Made by a program: the position numbers and the translations under genes. Under the pieces are notes generated by a model. The model saw nothing but the letters and a program-made list of their open reading frames with translations, did no database searches and was not told the DNA's origin. Positions 49,714 to 56,267 of a DNA stretch of 60,315 bases are shown here, in pieces. The stretch comes from a virus, in the IMG/VR virus record IMGVR_UViG_3300044712_000367, positions 1 to 60,315 of that record; one strand, written 5' to 3'. Position 1 is the stretch's first letter, and the number at the start of each line of letters is the position of its first letter.

Positions 49714-50200
49714 GCTTTGCCCCCACCGGCTTGTCGGGCTGGTTCTGATACTTTCCATCGTACGATGCAAAGTCGCTGGTCTCATGGAACACGACCTGCG
49801 CGATGCCCGCGCCCGCCGGAATGTGCAGCCGGTCGCCGCCGTGGTAGACCAGTTCGAGGGTCAAGAAACCTTTCCACCCAGGCTCGATCACGGTGTTGAA
49901 AACCGACAGACCGCGCCTCGCCCATGTGGACTTGTCGTGCACGATGCCTACCAGATCGGTCGGCATGTCGAACTCCTCGATGGCCGAGGCGATGCAGAAC
50001 CTTCCCGACCGGTATTTACCGTCCACCCAACAGCCTGCGGGCGTGGTCGCGTTGTCAGGCTGGAAAACGATGTCTTGCTTGAGACGAATGTCGTAGCCAG
50101 CTTCGGACATGCCAAAACTGACGCCATAGGCGCGCTCTTTGGTCAGCAGCATGCCCTTGATAGGCGGTCTTTCTAGCAGGGCGGATCGATTGATAATCAT
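49706..50200 (-). CDS. dcd: dCTP deaminase / dUTPase-superfamily enzyme
   Basis: 164 aa. HDKSTWARRGL and IEPGWKGFLTLEL match the Dcd signatures KSSxARxGL and DPGWxGxxTLE. Confidence 0.8.
   Translation of the reverse strand: MIINRSALLERPPIKGMLLTKERAYGVSFGMSEAGYDIRLKQDIVFQPDNATTPAGCWVDGKYRSGRFCIASAIEEFDMPTDLVGIVHDKSTWARRGLSVFNTVIEPGWKGFLTLELVYHGGDRLHIPAGAGIAQVVFHETSDFASYDGKYQNQPDKPVGAKHE
49756..49767. promoter_or_regulatory. Perfect 12-bp palindrome CATCGTACGATG, copy 1 (inside the dcd coding sequence)
   Basis: Read directly; identical to the copies at 54313..54324 and 55125..55136. Confidence 0.5.
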
Positions 50201-50388
50201 TCCCTCAAAGCCTCCCGAGCAATTTTGGCCATGCGCTTCACAGTGGAGTTGCTGGTGGGTTTTTCCTCGGCGGCGATATCGTACAGCGCACCCTCCAGAT
50301 TGGCGACGGTGTAGTAATTTTCACGGGCCACCGAGTTGTAGGCTTCAATTTGCTCGCGCAGCCGCTTGATCTCCTTCCACTTCGCCAT
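50197..50388 (-). CDS. Hypothetical protein (63 aa)
   Basis: Track ORF; ATGA coupling. Confidence 0.5.
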   Translation of the reverse strand: MAKWKEIKRLREQIEAYNSVARENYYTVANLEGALYDIAAEEKPTSNSTVKRMAKIAREALRE

Positions 50389-50391
50389 GCG

Positions 50392-50655
50392 TCAGCCCTC
50401 GATCATCGGCTTGGTCGCCGCCTTCACCGCCCACATCGCGCCTTCTTCGATGGCGATCTGGGCCAGCGCCTTGAGGCGGCGGCGCTCGGCCATCCAGTGG
50501 CGCACGTCGGCTTCGTCCTCACGGGCGTGCCTGTCGTGGATGGTTTCGATCAGGTCGATCAGGTCAGCCGCAGCCCGCTTGATCTTCGTGACAGTGTCGT
50601 CGTTGCTGGGGTTGAACGTAATCCCCACACGGTATTCCCCTTTGGTCATTGTCAT
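50392..50655 (-). CDS. Small helical protein of a widespread phage family (FNPS ... MWAVKA signature); function not assigned
   Basis: GEYRVGITFNPSNDDTVTKIKRAAADLIDLI...ALAQIAIEEGAMWAVKAATKP. Confidence 0.55.
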   Translation of the reverse strand: MTMTKGEYRVGITFNPSNDDTVTKIKRAAADLIDLIETIHDRHAREDEADVRHWMAERRRLKALAQIAIEEGAMWAVKAATKPMIEG

Positions 50656-50981
50656 CAGTTTGCCCTCACAGGTTCAGGAGTTCGATCATACCAGTTTGTC
50701 TGCCGTGCGGTCGCCAGAACCATGTCGATCATGTCCAACATGTTTTCTGCGGCCATTCTGTTGTCGAAGAATACAACGGCGCCGTGGTTCGAGAAAACCT
50801 CAATGGTTTTCTGAACGCTTTCCGCTGTATCCATGATTGACGCAGGGTCATTCAGATTAAGCTCAAATTCAACCCTTTCGCTTGGGGCGAAAGCCAAGAA
50901 CGGGAGATGCATCTTGCGCTCTCGGCACATCCCGATGCCGACCGTGAAGGCCATCTTGTTCGTTCCCGCGACAAAGATCAT
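50655..50981 (-). CDS. Hypothetical protein (108 aa)
   Basis: Track ORF; lower GC. Confidence 0.5.
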   Translation of the reverse strand: MIFVAGTNKMAFTVGIGMCRERKMHLPFLAFAPSERVEFELNLNDPASIMDTAESVQKTIEVFSNHGAVVFFDNRMAAENMLDMIDMVLATARQTNWYDRTPEPVRAN

Positions 50982-51163
50982 GCGTCCCCTCCCATTTCGG
51001 CAACAAAGCGGCTGATACCCTCGCGGGCGGCACTGTCTTCGGTTTGCTTTTTGATAGTGTAGACACGGAAATTTCCCTCGTGCCCCTCACGGCCTTGGAC
51101 CGTTACCTGAAACTGGTTCGGCCCAATCCGATCCACCGTAGCATCACACAGAACTCGTTTCAT
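50978..51163 (-). CDS. Hypothetical protein (61 aa)
   Basis: Track ORF; ATGA coupling. Confidence 0.5.
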   Translation of the reverse strand: MKRVLCDATVDRIGPNQFQVTVQGREGHEGNFRVYTIKKQTEDSAAREGISRFVAEMGGDA

Positions 51164-51171
51164 TGCGCCCC

Positions 51172-52761
51172 TCAGGTGTTGTACAGAGGCGTGTCCCCGT
51201 GGTTGCCGTGGAACCTTTGCGCCTCCTCAAGCTCGGCCATACGCTCCGCTGTCCTTGTGAGCATACCCACACTCCGCATGTGGTTCAAGCTCATGCTCAC
51301 GGTATCGACGAGGTCGTCATTCTTGCCCTTTGGGAACACCGAGCATTGCCTGATGACCTGCTCCGCCCAATCCTTGTTTGGCGCGTAGACCATGCCTTCA
51401 GCAAATATGTGCTGCACGGAATAGAGGCGAGCAGTTTTGTCCAACGTCTTGGGGTCGTACATCTGCACCGCGAAGCCCTCGTTACCGAACAGCCGCCTGA
51501 TCTCCTGCGCCACCGAGTGCCCCGCCGCCTTGTTCTCGATCAGCAGCCGATCCACCCGCATGCGGCTGCAGGTTCTAGCCACTTTCTCGGCCAGCTCGTG
51601 CAGCTCAAGCTTCACCTGCCACGCGTACATCAGCATGACCTTGGGCGTCGGCCCCAGCGCCTCGGACTGGTAGCTGGTCCTGATCTCGATGTTGCGCCCG
51701 TACCGGTCGACCGAGCGCGTGGCCTGCCCCTCGCCCGCGCCCGAGAACACGCCCCACACCGTCAGGGCGCTGAAGTCGTTCTCGGCCTTCGTGGTGTAGG
51801 CCGTGTCGAGGCTGGCCACCACAAACTCGATGGGCGGATACTCCGGCTTGCTCCACAGCTGCCACCAGTGGTCCTTGATGATCCCGCCGCCGCGCGGCTC
51901 GGGCTGCTGCTGGAACTGACCGGCGGAGGCGTACGGTCCCATGGCCTTCTCGTCGCGCTCGACGACATCCAGCGGGAACCGCTCGGGGAACAGCAGCTCA
52001 CCGTCCTCCTCGCGCGGGTCAGCGTAGCCCAGCTTGGTGGGGTATGCGCGCGCGGGGTCGTAGCGCATGGGCAGCATGATGTGGTCGTAGCCCAGATTGC
52101 GCGACAGGATCACGCCGGAGACATCCTCCTCGTGCAGGCGCTGCATCACCACCACAATGGCCGACCTGTCGGGGTTGTTGACGCGGGTCGGCACGGCTTC
52201 GAGGAACCACGTCAGTGTCGACTGCCGTTGCTGGTCGCTGTTGGCCCCTTCCACGCTGTGCGGGTCGTCGATGATCACGCGGTCGCCGCGCGCGCCGGTG
52301 ATCGAACCGGCGGCGGTGGCCTGCCGGAAGCCGGTGGCCGTGTTTTCGAACTTGGTCTTCTGGTTCTGGTCGCCGGTCAGCATGACGCGGTCGCCCCAGT
52401 GGGCCTGATACCACTCGGAGACAATGAGGCGGCGCATCCGCAGGCCGTCGCGGACCGCGAGGTCTTGGCTGTGCGCGGCGCAGACATAGCGCATGTGCGG
52501 CATGTTGCGCGGCCCCCACTCCCACGCGGGCCAGAACACGCCGATCAGCAGCGACTTCATGGTGCCCGGCGGGACGTTGACCAGCAGGCGGTTGTACAGG
52601 TCACCGTTCGGCAGCGCCTCGCCGTCCGTGATGGCCTCGAGGTGCGCGCAGATGAAGTCGATGTGCCAGCCGTGGACGTAAGGCTGTCCTGGCTCGATCA
52701 CGCTCCACGCGTGTTTGACGAACTCGGCCAGCGACAGTTCGCACTTCCGCTTTTCGACCAT
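51172..52761 (-). CDS. terL: Terminase large subunit
   Basis: Start trimmed to MVEKRKCELS. Walker A-like VNVPPGTMKS, Walker B RVIIDDPH. C-terminal nuclease region with FPKGKNDDLVD. Confidence 0.85.
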   Translation of the reverse strand: MVEKRKCELSLAEFVKHAWSVIEPGQPYVHGWHIDFICAHLEAITDGEALPNGDLYNRLLVNVPPGTMKSLLIGVFWPAWEWGPRNMPHMRYVCAAHSQDLAVRDGLRMRRLIVSEWYQAHWGDRVMLTGDQNQKTKFENTATGFRQATAAGSITGARGDRVIIDDPHSVEGANSDQQRQSTLTWFLEAVPTRVNNPDRSAIVVVMQRLHEEDVSGVILSRNLGYDHIMLPMRYDPARAYPTKLGYADPREEDGELLFPERFPLDVVERDEKAMGPYASAGQFQQQPEPRGGGIIKDHWWQLWSKPEYPPIEFVVASLDTAYTTKAENDFSALTVWGVFSGAGEGQATRSVDRYGRNIEIRTSYQSEALGPTPKVMLMYAWQVKLELHELAEKVARTCSRMRVDRLLIENKAAGHSVAQEIRRLFGNEGFAVQMYDPKTLDKTARLYSVQHIFAEGMVYAPNKDWAEQVIRQCSVFPKGKNDDLVDTVSMSLNHMRSVGMLTRTAERMAELEEAQRFHGNHGDTPLYNT

Positions 52762-52798
52762 GCGGTACAGCGCCGCCGGATCGACAGCGAAGGGTAGG

Positions 52799-53260
52799 TC
52801 AATCTTTCCCAAGGCTGGCCTGCAGCGCCGCGCCGAGAACGTCCAGTTGCTCCAGCGACAGGTTGGAAATGTCGAGCTGCGTGGTGGTCTTGATCGGCGC
52901 GGCGTCTGCGTCACCGCCGATGGCCAGCTTCTCGCCGTAGACCTTAGGCTTGCGCTTGCCCGCCGCCCACTTGTAGGCGTCGATGGCCACGCGCGCGGCG
53001 TTCGGGTCGATCTTGCCCTGCACCACCTTCTCGGCAATGTCGCCGATCTTGTCGGCGTCGTGGTCGGCCTGATCTTCGCGCGCGCGCGCATACATGGCTT
53101 GAAACTCAGGGCGCTCCCGCAACCACCGCATCACCGTCGGATAGCTGGGCAGTTCCTCGTCCTCGTTCAGGATCGAGACGAGGCTGTTGCCTTTGGCCAA
53201 TCCCTCGACAATCAGGTCAGCGACCTCTTGTGAATAAATGCTCGGTCTTCCACCAGCCAT
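52799..53260 (-). CDS. terS: Terminase small subunit
   Basis: MAGGRPSIYSQEVADLIVEGLAKGNSLVSIL...YPTVMRWLRERPEFQAMYARARE is typical of HTH-type TerS. Directly upstream of terL. Confidence 0.8.
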   Translation of the reverse strand: MAGGRPSIYSQEVADLIVEGLAKGNSLVSILNEDEELPSYPTVMRWLRERPEFQAMYARAREDQADHDADKIGDIAEKVVQGKIDPNAARVAIDAYKWAAGKRKPKVYGEKLAIGGDADAAPIKTTTQLDISNLSLEQLDVLGAALQASLGKD

Positions 53261-53300
53261 ATCATGGGCCTTTCATGTTGATGGACCCAAGATAAGCCAT

Positions 53301-53432
53301 TCAGTGCGGGATGTCATCTGGCGAGGCGTACCATGTGCCTTTCGACGGTGCGGGCCGAGGCGGCATCTCCCGCTTGGGAGGCACCACCCCGATCTGCCGC
53401 AGCGCGTGGTCGAGATGCGGGGGCAGGGTCAT
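53301..53432 (-). CDS. Small Pro-rich protein (43 aa)
   Basis: MTLPPHLDHALRQIGVVPPKREMPPRPAPSKGTWYASPDDIPH. ATGA overlap with the upstream stop, high GC3. Below the track cutoff. Confidence 0.4.
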   Translation of the reverse strand: MTLPPHLDHALRQIGVVPPKREMPPRPAPSKGTWYASPDDIPH

Positions 53433-53605
53433 TCCTCCCATCCCAATTCGCGCATGCTCTTCTTGATCGCTTTGATGGCTTTGCGGGCCATCTTGGCGTC
53501 GAACAGCATGATCAGGTCTTCACCCTGCCATAGGCTGATGTCTTCGGCGTCGTTTTCGACAATCAGGTCTTCCTGTTCCTTCGGGGATTTCACCACCTTC
53601 CGCAT
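53429..53605 (-). CDS. Hypothetical protein (58 aa)
   Basis: Start trimmed to MRKVVKSPKEQ (TGATG overlap with the SprT stop). Confidence 0.5.
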   Translation of the reverse strand: MRKVVKSPKEQEDLIVENDAEDISLWQGEDLIMLFDAKMARKAIKAIKKSMRELGWEE

Positions 53606-54285
53606 CACACCTCCCCCTCCATTTTGACTTCGCAGTCGCCACACATCAGGTTAGCGCCCTGCTTTGCCCACGCCTTGAAGTCGCATTCAGGGCAGGTGTG
53701 TTTGACTTTGGACAGGTCTTTTTTCTTGCCCGTCCCTGCCTCGCGCGGCTTGGTAAAATAGGGCAGGTCGAACGGCATCAGAGCCTCGAACGCTTTTTCG
53801 AACGCGCCACCTTCCTCGATGTAATGCATCATCTGCCGACCGGTCTGCTTGCCGCCGACCTCGCCGGTGTTGGACGGGATCAGGCCCACGCGCTCCATCA
53901 GCTTGACCCACTCGCGGTTGTGGTGGCCGTTCTTCGACGGCTTGCCATATTCCTGCTGTTCGAGGTGGGTCATCTCGTGAACCAGCGTGGCCAAGATGTC
54001 CTTGATCTCGCGGCTCATGTTCATCGGGTTCATCGAGATTTCGTGGGTCGTGTCGCCATCCTCGCGGTGGGTAAACTGATCGGCCCAGAAATATCCGAGG
54101 TTCTTGACGCTCTTTCGCGTCAAAGTGAACACCACCGGAGGCAGGCGATCCTCAAACAGGGCCTTGTTGAAGTGGTGAAACGCGCGGTCGAGGCCGTTGT
54201 ACGTTTCGGCGGTGGGGGTTTGCCAATTGGTCAGCGCGGGCTGGGCTTTGGCGGTCTTGGTGGTTTTGGTCATGTTCACGGTCAT
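53605..54285 (-). CDS. SprT-like zinc metalloprotease with C-terminal zinc ribbon
   Basis: LVHEMTHLEQ (HExxH) and CPECDFKAWAKQGANLMCGDC. Start may be GTG 54279, judged from SD spacing. Confidence 0.8.
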   Translation of the reverse strand: MTVNMTKTTKTAKAQPALTNWQTPTAETYNGLDRAFHHFNKALFEDRLPPVVFTLTRKSVKNLGYFWADQFTHREDGDTTHEISMNPMNMSREIKDILATLVHEMTHLEQQEYGKPSKNGHHNREWVKLMERVGLIPSNTGEVGGKQTGRQMMHYIEEGGAFEKAFEALMPFDLPYFTKPREAGTGKKKDLSKVKHTCPECDFKAWAKQGANLMCGDCEVKMEGEV

Positions 54286-54306
54286 CTCCTCGCTTCAACT
54301 GAAGAC

Positions 54307-54335
54307 ACCTTACATCGTACGATGCACGGTGTCAA
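54307..54335 (-). promoter_or_regulatory. Promoter candidate TTGACA-N17-TAAGGT with the 12-bp palindrome CATCGTACGATG (54313..54324) filling the spacer
   Basis: Minus-strand -35 at 54335..54330, -10 at 54312..54307, then GAGGAG and the SprT start. Confidence 0.5.
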
Positions 54336-54353
54336 CATTCTTGTTGTAGGAAA

Positions 54354-54575
54354 TCACACATTCTGCGCGGCCTGCAGCATCTGCTCCGCATAGGTGATGC
54401 ACCCCACCCCGATTACGCCTTCCGGCGGGTTGCTCTCGGCCTCCATGTAGATCGAGGCCAGTTCTGCCAGTCGCCGCAGGGTCGCGCTCTCCCTGATCTC
54501 CTGCTCGGTTTTCATGCCCTTCATCTCCTCGAAGATGGCTTTGCACAGGTCATCGAAATTGCGGAACACGGTCAT
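54354..54575 (-). CDS. Hypothetical protein (73 aa)
   Basis: Track ORF; ATGA coupling. Confidence 0.5.
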   Translation of the reverse strand: MTVFRNFDDLCKAIFEEMKGMKTEQEIRESATLRRLAELASIYMEAESNPPEGVIGVGCITYAEQMLQAAQNV

Positions 54576-54844
54576 GCCAGCGCCTCCGAGATTACGCGCG
54601 CAGACAGGTCTTCATAGTTAAGAAGGATCGGCTCGACCTCGACCTCCGGCCCCAGCAGGTCGATCAGCGACCGCGCCGTGGACATGGTCTGAAACACCGC
54701 CTTGAACGCCCCACCCCGCTTGGCATAGGTCGTGGTGGCAAAGCAGGCCGAGATGTCGGCCTCGCCGCGCTCGACCATGATGCCAACGGAGACATGCTTC
54801 TCGTCGTCATGCATGAAGGAACTGATATACAGGGTCAACTTCAT
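54572..54844 (-). CDS. Hypothetical protein (90 aa)
   Basis: Start trimmed to MKLTLYISSFMHDDEKH (TGATG overlap). Confidence 0.5.
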   Translation of the reverse strand: MKLTLYISSFMHDDEKHVSVGIMVERGEADISACFATTTYAKRGGAFKAVFQTMSTARSLIDLLGPEVEVEPILLNYEDLSARVISEALA

Positions 54845-55047
54845 CACAGCATCTCCCCGATGGGTCCGTAGATCACCTGCTGGCTGTCCATGTCGAACGC
54901 CGTCAGGTCGGTGCGGTGGATGATGCCCAGTGCGAAGACGTTGTGGCAATAATCGTCATGGAACTCGGCGACGATCTTGCCGTTTTCCAGCAAATACTGG
55001 GTGACCCTGCCCGAAGGCAGTTCGATCTTCCGTTTGTTCAGGCGCAT
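54844..55047 (-). CDS. Hypothetical protein (67 aa), first gene of the long leftward block
   Basis: Start trimmed to MRLNKRKIELP with strong SD GAGGAGAAACGGC-ATG. Confidence 0.5.
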   Translation of the reverse strand: MRLNKRKIELPSGRVTQYLLENGKIVAEFHDDYCHNVFALGIIHRTDLTAFDMDSQQVIYGPIGEML

Positions 55048-55074
55048 GCCGTTTCTCCTCTGCTTGCTGCCCGC

Positions 55075-55103
55075 TTCTAACCCACAAACAAAATGTTCGT
55101 CAA
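55075..55103 (-). promoter_or_regulatory. Promoter candidate TTGACG-N17-TTAGAA for the leftward late block
   Basis: -35 at 55103..55098, -10 at 55080..55075. The palindrome lies 22 nt upstream of the -35. Confidence 0.35.
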
Positions 55104-55117
55104 CCCACATTTTCCTG

Positions 55118-55145
55118 TTGCGTACATCGTACGATGCTGTATACC
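55118..55145 (+). promoter_or_regulatory. Promoter candidate TTGCGT-N16-TATACC (rightward) with the palindrome CATCGTACGATG (55125..55136) in the spacer
   Basis: Read directly; drives 55191..55472. Confidence 0.4.
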
Positions 55146-55190
55146 AGTCCTACCAGCCAATACCGGCTGGCTGTTTCTTGGAGACTTGCC

Positions 55191-55472
55191 ATGATCAACT
55201 CGACCATCTCCCTCGCCGACCGTTACGCCGCCGCCAAGGCGGCCTTCGACGTTGCCGAGGCCGCGCTCAAGGCGCTCAAAGCCGAAGTCAAAGAACTCGG
55301 CATGCCGCTCCTGCACGGCGTCACCTGCGACCTCACCCTGAACCTGTCCGAGCAGATGCGCCTCGACCAGAAGAAGGTCGCCAAGCTGCTAACCCCCGAG
55401 CAGATCGAGGCCTGCAAGTCGCCCACCCTCGTCGAGACCATCCGCATCAAAGCCAAGGGCATCGCGGCCTGA
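55191..55472 (+). CDS. Small coiled-coil protein (93 aa), function unknown
   Basis: Start trimmed to MINSTISLADRYAAAKAAF (GGAGA 7 nt upstream). Confidence 0.55.
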   Translation: MINSTISLADRYAAAKAAFDVAEAALKALKAEVKELGMPLLHGVTCDLTLNLSEQMRLDQKKVAKLLTPEQIEACKSPTLVETIRIKAKGIAA

Positions 55473-55497
55473 TCCAGCCCAATCCGGACTACTTAGC

Positions 55498-55523
55498 GGG
55501 CCACGGGTGCTTATCCGTGGCCC
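55498..55523 (+). terminator. Hairpin GGGCCACGG-N8-CCGTGGCCC after 55472 (no U tract); the loop is GTGCTTAT
   Basis: 9-bp stem, read directly. Confidence 0.35.
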
Positions 55524-55874
55524 AAACTACGTACTAAGTCACTGATTTCAAAATAAAACCCCGAGTGCTTAGTCAACTTAGTGCTTAGCGGCCTGAGATA
55601 TATATATACCCAGTGGATATCCGGACCCCCAGACACACGAGAAATCATATATTTTTATAGATTTTTCCCTTATGGGCTTGTTTGAATATTTTGAATAAGT
55701 ACCCTCTATAGGGTGAATATATCTATTAAATTTCAATGTCTTAGCCGTCTCGTTGTGCTTATTCCCACATTCACTATGTTGCGCTATGCAGTGTAGGCAC
55801 TCGCTAAGCTCTTGACCGCCCCGCCCCGCTCCGGTAGCTACGACTTACGACATAGACATTCATAGGAAATCAAC
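55524..55874. promoter_or_regulatory. AT-rich non-coding island with iteron-like repeats; candidate origin or regulatory hub
   Basis: AGTGCTTAG at 55564 and 55580. GTGCTTAT at 55507 and 55755. CTTAGC/GCTAAG four times. (AT)5 at 55598..55608. TTTGAATA twice at 55681..55698. No ORF with coding character. Confidence 0.55.
55812..55840 (+). promoter_or_regulatory. Promoter candidate TTGACC-N17-TAGCTA upstream of 55875..56240
   Basis: Read directly; AGGAAA SD before ATG 55875. Confidence 0.35.
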
Positions 55875-56240
55875 ATGAGTTTCTGGGACGATATTGACTA
55901 CGGCTTTGCAGGAAGTTCGTACTCCCGCCGCCGAGATGTGTCTAAATTCGGGATCAGCCCACCCAAGCGCGCGGGCGAGAATGGCCGCCTGTACATCCCC
56001 GCTCACCTGCGGGCGAAGGTCGGCCAGTACGTCCGGTACGTCGAGACGCCGGAGGGCATGGCGTTCAAGATCGGGGATCGGGGGGACTACAAGATCAGGC
56101 CCCAGAATTCGACCAGCGACATCCTGATCGCTCAGGCCCCGTTCGGGTTGTGCCGGTTCGCCAAGGACAGAACGATCAGTGTCGAGGTCGAGGATTTCAA
56201 CGGCGGACACCTGTGCCGATACAGCCAGTTCACGAAATGA
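55875..56240 (+). CDS. Hypothetical protein, paralogue of 12897..13238 (121 aa)
   Basis: LYIPAHLRAKVGQYV...AFKIGDRGDYKIRPQNS. Followed by a strong terminator. Confidence 0.6.
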   Translation: MSFWDDIDYGFAGSSYSRRRDVSKFGISPPKRAGENGRLYIPAHLRAKVGQYVRYVETPEGMAFKIGDRGDYKIRPQNSTSDILIAQAPFGLCRFAKDRTISVEVEDFNGGHLCRYSQFTK

Positions 56241-56242
56241 GA

Positions 56243-56267
56243 GGGGGCCTTCCGGCCCCCTTTTTTT
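56243..56267 (+). terminator. Rho-independent terminator GGGGGCC-TTCC-GGCCCCC plus T7, between convergent genes
   Basis: 7-bp GC stem, 4-nt loop, seven T (56261..56267). Also marks the end of the leftward early block. Confidence 0.8.

Noticed and set aside
51163-52797. 544-aa plus-strand ORF opposite terL. Similar long shadows lie at 5297..6427, 23740..24873, 34868..36007, 38521..40026, 40626..41726 and 44371..45483
   Set aside because: All lie antisense to genes with clear motifs, and all have the Arg/Ala/Gly/Val-rich composition of non-coding frames in GC-rich DNA.
52762-53091. 110-aa N-terminal extension of terL overlapping terS
   Set aside because: The extension is Arg/Ser/Pro/Thr-rich shadow text lying out of frame over the well-supported terS gene. 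The terL homology starts after MVEKRK.
55524-55874. A tRNA or other structured RNA gene in the AT-rich island
   Set aside because: I found no cloverleaf-compatible arms or T-loop (GTTCGAATC-like) sequence. The composition and short direct repeats fit a protein-binding region better. An sRNA cannot be excluded.
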